DNA of 44,710 nucleotides from Polyangiaceae bacterium. Lineage in GTDB: Bacteria > Myxococcota_A > Polyangia > Polyangiales > Polyangiaceae. Both the position numbers and the translations under genes were made by a program. The stretch lies in assembly GCA_044224495.1 (NCBI GenBank), contig JBGAKG010000005.1, positions 1-44,710 of the forward strand. The letters run 5' to 3'. Below the pieces are notes generated by a model that worked only from the letters and a program-made list of their open reading frames with translations, made no database searches and was not told where the DNA came from. Shown here piece by piece: positions 17,703 to 28,161 of this stretch (its first letter is position 1; each line of letters starts with the position of its first letter).

Positions 17703-18430
17703 CGGTCCCCCCGCTCGAGCTCGATGAGGAGCTCGTCTTCGGCCGCCTCGACCCAGCGCTTGGCGGAGCGCGGGGAAGTATCCATCAACCGAGCGATGTC
17801 GTCGTAGGACGCGCCGTCGATCCGGCGGAGGACGAGCGCCACGCGTTCCCGCGCCGGCAAGCGCTCGAGGCAACGGAACACGGCGGCGAGCTCGCTCCGT
17901 ACGTCGGGCGGGGCCTCGCGGCTGATCAGGAGATCGACGTCGATGGTGGGGCCGCGGCGACGCAACCCGAGCCGCGTCGCGATCCCGCGCCGCCGGATGA
18001 CCTTGCACGCCGTCCGCACGACGATCGCCGACAGCCACGAACCGAACGCCTCGGGCGCCTCGAGTCGGTCGAGCGCCCGCACCGCCGCGAGCATGCTCTC
18101 CTGGACGAGATCGTCGACCTCACCATCGGTGCGACCGAGCAGGCGCTGCGAGAGCCCGAACACCGAACGCGCGTGGCGGCGGAAGAGCTCCTCCCGCGCG
18201 CGCGTATCGCCCCCGCGCGCCGCGAGCACGAGCGACGCATCGATGCTCCCCGAGCCGGACGATCGCGTGAGCGGGTTGCTCGGCCGCGAGCTGCTCTCCG
18301 GGCCGGGCTCGGCGGCATCGTCTCGCACGGTCGAGCTCACCGGAGCTTCCTCCGTGGGCGTGACGAGCGCGAGGTGGGTGCGGCGATGCTCCATGGCCTC
18401 GTAGCCCAAGGTACCGCATGGCCTCTCCAC
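17699..18430 (-). CDS. ECF (sigma-70 family, group 4) RNA polymerase sigma factor.
   Basis: Region 2 (ELFRRHARSVFGLSQRLLG…DLVQESMLAAV) and region 4 (LERLPARERVALVLRRIDGASYDDIARLM). The ATG at 18430 is preceded by a ggagagg SD. An alternative start lies at 18394. Confidence 0.8.
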   Translation of the reverse strand: MERPCGTLGYEAMEHRRTHLALVTPTEEAPVSSTVRDDAAEPGPESSSRPSNPLTRSSGSGSIDASLVLAARGGDTRAREELFRRHARSVFGLSQRLLGRTDGEVDDLVQESMLAAVRALDRLEAPEAFGSWLSAIVVRTACKVIRRRGIATRLGLRRRGPTIDVDLLISREAPPDVRSELAAVFRCLERLPARERVALVLRRIDGASYDDIARLMDTSPRSAKRWVEAAEDELLIELERGDR

Positions 18431-18485
18431 CCGGCGTTTTCCTGCGAAAACCGTGGGTCGATGAAGTGAGCGCGCTTACGGTGTC

Positions 18486-18510
18486 CCACCTGACCTGACC
18501 TGACCTAACC
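18486..18510. repeat. Pentameric tandem repeat (ccacc tgacc tgacc tgacc taacc) lying between the dehydrogenase stop codon and the ECF sigma start.
   Basis: Read directly from the sequence: five NNACC units abutting the stop codon at 18511. Confidence 0.7.
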
Positions 18511-19479
18511 TCAAACGCCCGGATACGGGGTGGGCAACGGCGCACCGGAAATCCAGGCCAACACGTTGGCGACGGCGAGGCTCGCCATCGCTTCGCGCGT
18601 CGCGCTCTCCGCGCTCCCGACGTGGGGGGTCAGCACGGCGGTCGGGGCGCGAAGGAGCGCCGGATCGACCCGCGGTTCGTCGGCGAAGACGTCGAGCCCT
18701 GCCGCCCCGACCCGGCCGCTCGCGAGCGCATCCGCCAGCGCCCGCTCGTCGACGCAGCCCCCACGCGCCGTGTTCACGAAGATCGCCCCCGGCTTCATCT
18801 TCGCGAATCGTGCCGCGTCGAACAGGCGCCGCGTCTCCGCGGTGAGAGGGCAGTGGAGCGAGACCACGTCGGACCGTTCGAGGAGCTCGTCGAGCTCGAC
18901 CCGGGTCGCGCCGAGCTCTGCTTCGCGCTCGGCGGGGAGGGCACTCCGTTGATGGTAGAGTACATGCATCGCGAAGCCGCGTGCGCGGCGCGCCACCGCC
19001 TGCCCGATCCGGCCCATCCCGACGAGCCCGAGGGTGCGGTGGTGGACCGCCGCGCCCAACATCGTCCCGAGCGTCCACCGCGGGAACGCTCCCTCGTGCA
19101 CGAGCCGGTCGCCTTCGCAGACCCGCCGCGCCGCCGCGAGGATCAAGGCGAACGTCAGATCGGCGGTGGCGTCGGTCAGGACGTCCGGCGTGTGCGTGAC
19201 GCGCACGCCGTGGGCGCGACACGCGTCCAGGTCGACGTGATCGACGCCGACGGCCACGTTGGCGACGAGGCGGAGGCGCGGCGCACGCGCGAGGAGATCT
19301 TCGTCGATCCGGTCGGTGAGGAGCGCGACGAGCGCATCGACCCGCGCGAGCTCGTCGGCCCCGAGGGCGGAGACGCCCACGCCGGTCTCGCCGACCGTCA
19401 CGTCGGCCACGGCTTCGAGCCGCGCCACGCCGTCGCCGAGGAGCGGGGCGCTCACGAAGACCCGCGGGCGGGCGTTCAT
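18511..19479 (-). CDS. D-isomer-specific 2-hydroxyacid dehydrogenase (glyoxylate / hydroxypyruvate reductase-like).
   Basis: NAD-binding motif GLVGMGRIGQAV, catalytic-region motifs, and the start MNARPRVFVSAPL at 19479. The upstream part of the 474-aa ORF is Arg-rich junk. Confidence 0.8.
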   Translation of the reverse strand: MNARPRVFVSAPLLGDGVARLEAVADVTVGETGVGVSALGADELARVDALVALLTDRIDEDLLARAPRLRLVANVAVGVDHVDLDACRAHGVRVTHTPDVLTDATADLTFALILAAARRVCEGDRLVHEGAFPRWTLGTMLGAAVHHRTLGLVGMGRIGQAVARRARGFAMHVLYHQRSALPAEREAELGATRVELDELLERSDVVSLHCPLTAETRRLFDAARFAKMKPGAIFVNTARGGCVDERALADALASGRVGAAGLDVFADEPRVDPALLRAPTAVLTPHVGSAESATREAMASLAVANVLAWISGAPLPTPYPGV

Positions 19480-20798
19480 GGGGCGTCGAACGCGATGATA
19501 TCGGTCTTGGTGAGCCCGGGGATCGCCGCCTGAACGGCCGACAGGAGCTCGCCGGCGGTGCCCACGACCGTGATCACCAAGTCGTCCTTCGTGAGCCGTG
19601 CCTTCAGCGCGTCGTTCGCGGTGGCCGGCGTGACCGCGCGAACGCGATCGAGCCAACCCGAGTGGTAGTCGCGCGGGAGGCCGAGGAGCTCGATGTCGAG
19701 CTCTTGATGAACGCGCTTCTGCGCGGTGTCGATCTCGAAGGCGTGCGAGCGGACCAAGAAGCGCTGGATGAACGAGAGCTCGCGCTCCGTGATCCCGCCG
19801 CCGAGGAGCGTCTCCAGGAGCGACAGCTCGAGCCCGATGCACGCGGCAGCGTCCTTCGCCGCCGGGAAGGTCCACATCGCGAACGAGTGGCGGTGCCGCT
19901 CCAGCGAGAGGCGCGCGCTCGCGCCGTAGGACCACCCGCGCTTCGAGCGGACCTCCTTCATCAGGCGGGACGTGAACGTGCCGCCGAAGATCGCCGTCGC
20001 CACGCTGAGCGGGACATGATCGGGATCGAGCGCGGTGGTCCCGAGGCTGCCGATCAGGATCTGCGTCTGCGTGCGGTCGGGCTTGTCGACGAAGACGAGC
20101 CGCCGCCCTGGCACCGGCTTCGGCTCCGGCACCGGATCCGCGGGCGATGCCCCCTCCGAAACACCAGAGAGAACGAGCTGCGCGAGCTCGCGCGCCGTCG
20201 GTTCGTCGACGTCCCCCGCGAACGCGACGACGGCGTCCGAGCGGCGGAGGTGGAACGCGTGCGCCGCGCGCACGTCCGCGTCACCAAGGACATCGAGGCT
20301 GGCCTCCGTGCCGCGGACGGTGCGCCCGTAGGCGTGTTCCTCGAAGAGCGCGCGGCGGAAGAACTTGTCGCAGAGGCCGCGGTCGTTGTCGCGCGAGTCG
20401 ATGATCTCGGCCTTCGTCTCGCGGAGCAGCCGCCCGAGCTCGGCCGCGGGGAACTCGGGCTCGGCGAGGATGCGGCGCACCAACTCGCAGAGCGGGCGCA
20501 GGTTGCGGCTGAGGACCTGCGCGTAGAACACGATCGAGGAGGTCGAGACCTCCGCCCCGAGCTCGGCGCCGAGCCGATCGAGCGCAGCTTCGGTCGCGGC
20601 GGCGTCCATGCCGCGCGTCCCGCGCCGCAGCATCCGCGTCATGAGCCGCGCGCGCCCCTCGCGCCCGGGCGGGTCGTGGGCCGCGCCGCTGCGAAACGAG
20701 ATGACGAGCGAGACCAGCGGGAGCACGCGCGACGTCTCGAGGACGAGCGTGGCGCCGCCGTCGGTCGCGATGCGGACCGGTCCGGTGGGGGCGGTCAT
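19476..20798 (-). CDS. M16-family peptidase, non-catalytic partner subunit (no HxxEH motif).
   Basis: M16 fold (MTAPTGPVRIATDGGATLVLE…) with the zinc-binding motif absent. There are 4-nt ATGA overlaps with both neighbouring genes. Confidence 0.7.
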   Translation of the reverse strand: MTAPTGPVRIATDGGATLVLETSRVLPLVSLVISFRSGAAHDPPGREGRARLMTRMLRRGTRGMDAAATEAALDRLGAELGAEVSTSSIVFYAQVLSRNLRPLCELVRRILAEPEFPAAELGRLLRETKAEIIDSRDNDRGLCDKFFRRALFEEHAYGRTVRGTEASLDVLGDADVRAAHAFHLRRSDAVVAFAGDVDEPTARELAQLVLSGVSEGASPADPVPEPKPVPGRRLVFVDKPDRTQTQILIGSLGTTALDPDHVPLSVATAIFGGTFTSRLMKEVRSKRGWSYGASARLSLERHRHSFAMWTFPAAKDAAACIGLELSLLETLLGGGITERELSFIQRFLVRSHAFEIDTAQKRVHQELDIELLGLPRDYHSGWLDRVRAVTPATANDALKARLTKDDLVITVVGTAGELLSAVQAAIPGLTKTDIIAFDAP

Positions 20799-22147
20799 TC
20801 GGCTTCTCCCGCAGCCGCGGCGGGCGCGGCGCTGGGGACGACGAGCACCACGGTGCGCGCGCTCGTGACGAGCCAGCGGCGCGCCACGCGGCGCAGGTCC
20901 GAGGCGGTCACGCGCCGGTAGGCTTCGAGGCGCCGGAAGATCCCCGCCGCGTCGCCGAGCACGGTGTCGTAGAAGCCGATCTGCTCGGCCTTGCCGAAGG
21001 TGGTGTCCAGGCCTTGGAGCGACCCGAGCTCGAGGCGCGCCTTCGCGCGCAGGAGCTCGTCGTCGGTGACGACGTCCCGCCGCACGCGCTCGAGCTCCTG
21101 CTCGAGGACCTCGAGGATCGCGGCGCTCCGCACGCCTTCGCGGGCGGTGAAGTACATCTCCCAGAGCCCCGGCTCCGCGAACGTGCTCACCCAGCCCCGG
21201 AAATCGCTGACGAGCTCGCGCTCGACCAGCAGCGCTCGGTACAGGCGCGAGCCGCGCCCCCCGAAGAGGATCTCGGAGAGCACCGACAGCGGTACGTGAT
21301 CCGTATCCCCGAGGGCCGGGCCCTTGTAACCGAGCACGATCTTCTCCGTCGGCGTGGGCTTCTCGAGCACGACGCGCCGCTCTTCGCTCTGGTACGGCTC
21401 GGGCTCGGCGTCCTCGGGCGGGATCGGCGACGACGGGATCGCGCCGTAGGCGGCCTCGATCTTCTTCAGCGCATCGCCCTCGCGCACGTCTCCGACGAGG
21501 ACGATCGTCGCGTTGTTCGGCGCGTAGTAGGTGCGGTAGAAGGCGGCGCAATCCTCGGGGGTGAAGCCCTCGATGTCGGTCATCCAGCCGATCGTCGGCC
21601 AGTGATACGGGTGGCGGGTGAACGCCGTCTTGTAGAGGACCTCGTTCGCGGTGCCCTCGACGTCGTCGTCGACGCGGAAGCGGCGCTCGTTGGCCACGAC
21701 GTCCTTCTCGCTCGCGACCTGCGGCTCACGCAGGACCAAGCGCGCCATGCGCTCCGCCTCGAGCTTCACGACCAGGCCGAGCCGGTCCTTGGGGAGGGAC
21801 TCGTGGTAGTAGGTCCAGTCGAGCCACGTCGCGGCGTTCGACTCCGCGCCCGCCTCTTCGAGCTTCCGATCGAACGCGCCGGCGCGCAGGTTCTCGGTCT
21901 CGTTGAACATGAGGTGCTCGAACAGGTGCGCGAGGCCCGTCTTCCCCGGCCGCTCGTGGCGCGAGCCGACGCGGAACCACGTCGCGTAGGTGAGGACGGG
22001 CGCGGCGCGGTCCACGAGCAGGAGAACGCGGAGACCGTTCGCCAGCACGTGGCGGCGCACGAAGGCGCCACCGCCGAACGTGACGTCGGCCTCGCGCGTC
22101 GTGGTGGACGGAGCGGAGGAGGAGGATTGGAGTTCGGTCGTTGCCAT
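20795..22147 (-). CDS. M16-family zinc peptidase (pitrilysin-like), catalytic subunit.
   Basis: The HLFEHLMFNETEN zinc-binding HxxEH motif is present. Start MATTELQ at 22147. Confidence 0.8.
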   Translation of the reverse strand: MATTELQSSSSAPSTTTREADVTFGGGAFVRRHVLANGLRVLLLVDRAAPVLTYATWFRVGSRHERPGKTGLAHLFEHLMFNETENLRAGAFDRKLEEAGAESNAATWLDWTYYHESLPKDRLGLVVKLEAERMARLVLREPQVASEKDVVANERRFRVDDDVEGTANEVLYKTAFTRHPYHWPTIGWMTDIEGFTPEDCAAFYRTYYAPNNATIVLVGDVREGDALKKIEAAYGAIPSSPIPPEDAEPEPYQSEERRVVLEKPTPTEKIVLGYKGPALGDTDHVPLSVLSEILFGGRGSRLYRALLVERELVSDFRGWVSTFAEPGLWEMYFTAREGVRSAAILEVLEQELERVRRDVVTDDELLRAKARLELGSLQGLDTTFGKAEQIGFYDTVLGDAAGIFRRLEAYRRVTASDLRRVARRWLVTSARTVVLVVPSAAPAAAAGEAE

Positions 22148-22149
22148 GA

Positions 22150-23982
22150 TCAGAAGTCGCGGACGTCGAGCACGGTCATCGCGCCCGCCTGCCAGCTCCA
22201 GAGGTGCGGCCCGGCGAGGACTACGATGGCGCTGGTCTTCGGATCGTCGCGCCCGACGCGCGCGAGGCGGGCCGGCTCGGCGGAGCGCGGGGCCTCGTAG
22301 AACACCGGATCGCCGCTTCCGACGACCACCACCCCGCCGTCGCTCGCGAGGATGGCGCCGCCATCGATGCCCTTGATGCCGCGGAGCGGGCGCGGGGCGC
22401 CACCGTCCGTTTGGAAGGCTTCGTGCTCCATGTCCCAGAGGACCGGGCGCGGCGTGCCGCCTTCCACGCGGAAGACGCCGCCGTCCTTGCCGAGCACCAC
22501 CGTGACGTTTCGCCAGTGATCGAGATCGACAGGAAGGCCCTGGAGGACGTCGCTCTCGCGGATCGGGAGCCATTTCTGGCCGTCGAAGCGACCGACGGCG
22601 GCCGCGTCGCCGCCCGCGACGAGCATCACGAGCTCGCGCGGGGAACCCGCGAGCGCGAGGACGGACTCGGTCGGCTCCAGGCCGGACTCCGGGCGGAACG
22701 GAACGAACCGCTTCCCCTCGAACTCGAGGAGGGTGCCCGCGCCCCACACCAGAACGCGCCCGGCGGCGCTGCCGATCCCGTAGAACGACGCGCGCCCGTG
22801 GCTCGGGCGGGCGAGGGGGAAGACCTGGAGGTCACCGCCCATGAGGCGGAGCGCGTTCCCGTTCGCGGAGAGGCCCCACAGGATGCCCTCGTCGGTGACG
22901 TGGAGATCGGTGAGAGGCTCCTCCACCGAGTGCGCGCTCTGCACGGCGCCCCCGACGACGTGGAGCAAGAGGCTCGTCGCGTGCTCGGACGTCGAGTGCG
23001 TGCGACCGAGGACGTAGAAGTCGTGCGCCGACGTCCCGCTCGCCGAGCGGAACGAGTGGCGCGTGGACGGGAGCGCGGAGACGGTGATGACGCCGCGGAG
23101 CACGAGCGGGGGCTCGCGCGGTGCGCGCCGGAGATCGCGGACCGTGTCCGGGCGCTTCTCGCGCGGCGCGGAGCGCTCGGCGTCCCCGAAGAAACTCTCG
23201 TCGCGGAACGTGCGGAGCCAGCGGAAGACGTCCTCGGCGCCGAAGACGTAGATGCCGGTGCGGAGGCTGCACGCGATCGTGTACTCGTCGACGTTGAGCG
23301 TGAGCGAGGCTTTGCCGCTCGAGTCGAAGAGGCGGTTGTGGGGACCACGGATCTCGCTCGCCAGCTCCTCGCCCACGAGCGCGACGACGGCGCCGACGTC
23401 CCCCGTCTCGAGCCGACCGACGATCGGATCGTCGAACGTGAAGCCGAGTTGGTAGAGGAGCGTCTTCAGCTGGGCGGGCACCTTGGCGGCGCTCGCGATC
23501 GACTCCTCGCGCCCATCGGCCACGCCGTCGAGCCAATCCCCGAACGTGCGCGCGACGACCGAGCCCTTGTCGCCTTGCATCTCGACGACGGTCGGCTCGC
23601 CGTCGGCGGCGACGTTGCGCTTGTCGAACGCGAGGATGGTGCCGTCCGCGGCCTGGCCGAACGGCGCGTAGTTGGGCGCTTCGATGAGCTGCTTCGCGCG
23701 GGCCATCCCTTCGGCGTCGAAGAGAACCTCGGGGGGACCGAAGTCGGTCGCGACGTGCATCGCGGCGACGTAGCTCGGCGGCAGCTCGAGGCGGAGGATC
23801 CGGGCGCGGTCCGCCATCTCGGCGTCCGTGACGGGGCGACCGAGCTTCTTGCCCTTGCGCTCGGCGACGCTGCGGATGCGTTCGACGCTCGCGAGCGCGG
23901 CACGGGTCGGATCGACGTTCGCGCGGGCCCGCGGTCGAGAAGCGGCAGGCGAGCGAGCGGATCTCTTCGTCGGCCTCTTCAC
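22150..23982 (-). CDS. Hypothetical 610-aa protein with an N-terminal SMI1/KNR4 (SUKH)-like domain and a C-terminal beta-rich region.
   Basis: The N-terminal region ILRLELPPSYVAAMHVATDFGPPEVLFDAEG…APFGQAADGTILAFD resembles SUKH-1 immunity-type domains (assignment by eye). Co-directional with the M16 pair, 2 nt upstream of it. Confidence 0.5.
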   Translation of the reverse strand: MKRPTKRSARSPAASRPRARANVDPTRAALASVERIRSVAERKGKKLGRPVTDAEMADRARILRLELPPSYVAAMHVATDFGPPEVLFDAEGMARAKQLIEAPNYAPFGQAADGTILAFDKRNVAADGEPTVVEMQGDKGSVVARTFGDWLDGVADGREESIASAAKVPAQLKTLLYQLGFTFDDPIVGRLETGDVGAVVALVGEELASEIRGPHNRLFDSSGKASLTLNVDEYTIACSLRTGIYVFGAEDVFRWLRTFRDESFFGDAERSAPREKRPDTVRDLRRAPREPPLVLRGVITVSALPSTRHSFRSASGTSAHDFYVLGRTHSTSEHATSLLLHVVGGAVQSAHSVEEPLTDLHVTDEGILWGLSANGNALRLMGGDLQVFPLARPSHGRASFYGIGSAAGRVLVWGAGTLLEFEGKRFVPFRPESGLEPTESVLALAGSPRELVMLVAGGDAAAVGRFDGQKWLPIRESDVLQGLPVDLDHWRNVTVVLGKDGGVFRVEGGTPRPVLWDMEHEAFQTDGGAPRPLRGIKGIDGGAILASDGGVVVVGSGDPVFYEAPRSAEPARLARVGRDDPKTSAIVVLAGPHLWSWQAGAMTVLDVRDF

Positions 23983-23995
23983 GCCCCCACTCCCT

Positions 23996-25810
<1,815 letters not shown>

Positions 25811-25837
25811 GTGGGGGCGAGCGGCGGTGAGCCGGCG

Positions 25838-26134
25838 TCACTCGTCGGCGTCGAACGCTTCCGCTTCGGCGCGGGCGGCTCGTTCGACCGACGTGCTGCT
25901 CCCGCGTGCGCTCGCCTTGCGCTTGGGGCCGTCTTCGGAGACGGCGGGCGCGGGCGGCGTCACGTCGAGCGGGAGCTGACCCGGCAAGAGGTGAGAGTAA
26001 TGACGGAGGACGAGATCGATGCCTTCACGGATGTAGACCGCGACCGGGACCTTCGTACGATCGTGCAGGAGCTTGAGCTTGTCGCTCTGCTCCGGCGTCA
26101 CGTAGATGGTGGTGGAGATCTTCTTCCGAGACAT
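25838..26134 (-). CDS. Ribbon-helix-helix (CopG/Arc-like) DNA-binding protein.
   Basis: N-terminal beta-strand plus two helices (TTIYVTPEQSDKLKLLHDRTKVPVAVYIREGIDLVL), followed by a disordered acidic tail. Confidence 0.55.
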   Translation of the reverse strand: MSRKKISTTIYVTPEQSDKLKLLHDRTKVPVAVYIREGIDLVLRHYSHLLPGQLPLDVTPPAPAVSEDGPKRKASARGSSTSVERAARAEAEAFDADE

Positions 26135-26448
26135 GACGCGTCAGCTCCGCTTACCTAGTCGACTCGAACGCCCTTTGCCATGTCGCTTTGGGGAGTTTCC
26201 TCACCGCGATCGACACCGCTATACACTACGTGAACATACGTCAGGTTTCAAGGGTCACCCCGAAAGATTCCTGAGAAAATAGAATCCAGTTTTCAATGAG
26301 TTAGCGGGTCGCCTGGGGGCTCGGGCCCCCATTTGGAGCCCAACCGGCCGGCATGTCGGGTAACGTGGGTAAAGAGATGACCTGCGGACGAGTGATCCGT
26401 TTGCGTTGGTGAGGCCTCCACCGCTATGGTGAGCCCCGGAGTGGACCT

Positions 26449-27309
26449 TTGAAGATGGCCTTTCGTTCGCGCGCCGCGCTTGCCTTCGTGGCGTCTCTGG
26501 CGCTTCCGACCTTCGTGCTCTGGGCGGGGAATGGATGTGGGGGGAGCGACACCGGATCGACCCCGACCGACAAGACGCCCGCCTCCGAGGTTCAGACCGC
26601 CCCCCCGCTGAAGCACGAGCCGTGCGAGGACAGCCAGGGTCGGGTGGAGACCGTCGACATCAACAACGACGGTAAGCCGGACATCCGCCGCATCATCGAC
26701 AAGGGAAGCGGGCGCGAGCTCTGCCGCGTCGCCGACCTCAACCATGACGGCAAGCCCGAGATCATCAGCTACTACGACGAGAAGGGCGACCTTCGTCGGC
26801 GCGAGGCGAGCTACGAGACGAGCGACGCCGTCAGCGCCATCGAGTACTTCGAAGGCGGCAAGCTGGTTCGGCGCGAGCTCGACACCACCGGCCAGCGCAA
26901 GGTCGACACGACCGACACGTTCGATCCGGCGAGCGGCAAGCGCACGAAGCGCGAGCGCGACACCAACGGCGACGGCAAGGTCGACCAGTGGTGGGTGTGG
27001 GAGGGCGACAAGCTCACCATCGACCAGGACAAGAACTTCGACGGCCAGCCCGACCCCGACGCGACGCTCGTGAGCGGTCCGAACGGCACGCTCATCCCGC
27101 TCGCATCGCTCGCCGAGGCAGGTGCTGCCGAGGCCTCCGGGCCGAGCGCCCCGCCGCCGCCCACCCTCGGGGATGCCGGTGCGGGCGAAGGCGGAGCGAT
27201 CGACATGTCGCTGAAGATGCCGCCGCCTCCCGTCGTCTACCCGAACGGGCAGACCATCGCGTTTGACGCGGGCGTCGACTCGGGCAAGAAGAAGAAGGGG
27301 ACCCGATGA
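26449..27309 (+). CDS. Lipoprotein with repeated DxNxDGKxD (EF-hand-like calcium-loop) motifs.
   Basis: Signal peptide plus lipobox (LWAGNGC). Repeats: DINNDGKPD, DLNHDGKPE, DTNGDGKVD, DKNFDGQPD. Confidence 0.7.
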   Translation: MKMAFRSRAALAFVASLALPTFVLWAGNGCGGSDTGSTPTDKTPASEVQTAPPLKHEPCEDSQGRVETVDINNDGKPDIRRIIDKGSGRELCRVADLNHDGKPEIISYYDEKGDLRRREASYETSDAVSAIEYFEGGKLVRRELDTTGQRKVDTTDTFDPASGKRTKRERDTNGDGKVDQWWVWEGDKLTIDQDKNFDGQPDPDATLVSGPNGTLIPLASLAEAGAAEASGPSAPPPPTLGDAGAGEGGAIDMSLKMPPPPVVYPNGQTIAFDAGVDSGKKKKGTR

Positions 27310-28091
27310 CCCGACTGCGCGCGCTCCTGCTTTCGACGGTTCTGGCGGGCGCTGCCTCGGCGATCGCGATCGCCTGCGGCGGCAACCAGCCGCCGCCCGT
27401 CACGGCGAAGTCGGCCCCCGGCGGCACGAAGGATCAAGCGGCCTGGCCGCTCGACGACAAGTCGATGTGCAACTGGCACAACCACCCCGAGCTCGAGGTC
27501 AGCGAGACCGCCGGGCCGGGCGCGCTCAAGCCCAACATCCGCCGCGTCTACAAGACGTTGGGGGAGGGTGAGAACCGCCGCAAGACGCTCATCTGCCGCG
27601 AGGTGGACACCAACCTCGATGGGATCAAGGACGTCGTCCGCATCTTCAACGCCAAGGGCGAGGCCCAGCGCGAAGAAGCCGACACCGACTACGACGGTCG
27701 GCTCGACCACTGGCTCCTCTTCGCCGACGGGCGCGTGGTGGAGGAAGACACCGACACGAACGGTGATGGTCGTCCCGACGAGTGGAAGGTCTACGTCAAC
27801 GGCCAGCTCTCGCGCATCAAGCGCGACCGCAACGGGGACGGCAAGCCGGACGTCTGGGAGATCTACGTGAAGGGGCGCCTCGAGCGCATGGGCGTGGACG
27901 ACGGCAACGACGGCCACGTCGACCGCTGGGATCGCGACGAGCTCCTCCGCCAGCAGCAAGAGGCCGAAGAAGCCAAAACGATGGCCAAGATGGACGGCGG
28001 AGCCCCGACGGGCCCGTCGACGACCCCGGCCGACGCGGGAATCTCCGACGCCGCGACGGACGGGAAGGTCAAGCGAGTGGAGAACCGCTGA
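27306..28091 (+). CDS. Lipoprotein, a paralog of 26449-27309 (DxDxDG repeats).
   Basis: Signal peptide plus lipobox (IAIACGG). Repeats: DTNLDGIKD, DTDYDGRLD, DTNGDGRPD, DRNGDGKPD, DDGNDGHVD. The ATGA overlap with the previous gene indicates translational coupling. Confidence 0.7.
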   Translation: MTRLRALLLSTVLAGAASAIAIACGGNQPPPVTAKSAPGGTKDQAAWPLDDKSMCNWHNHPELEVSETAGPGALKPNIRRVYKTLGEGENRRKTLICREVDTNLDGIKDVVRIFNAKGEAQREEADTDYDGRLDHWLLFADGRVVEEDTDTNGDGRPDEWKVYVNGQLSRIKRDRNGDGKPDVWEIYVKGRLERMGVDDGNDGHVDRWDRDELLRQQQEAEEAKTMAKMDGGAPTGPSTTPADAGISDAATDGKVKRVENR

Positions 28092-28096
28092 ATCGC

Positions 28097-28160
28097 CACG
28101 GGAACTCTCCCGTTCCGCGTTCCCGTTCCCGTTCTCTACTCCGGATTCGTCTTTTTCTTC
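28097..28160 (+). terminator. Copy B of the hairpin repeat, acting as a likely intrinsic terminator: stem acgggaac/gttcccgt, the shared 45-nt core, then a ctttttcttc T-tract.
   Basis: Read directly. Identical to 159-203. Followed by a T-tract, and lies at the convergent junction of + and - genes. Confidence 0.6.
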
Positions 28161-28161
28161 G

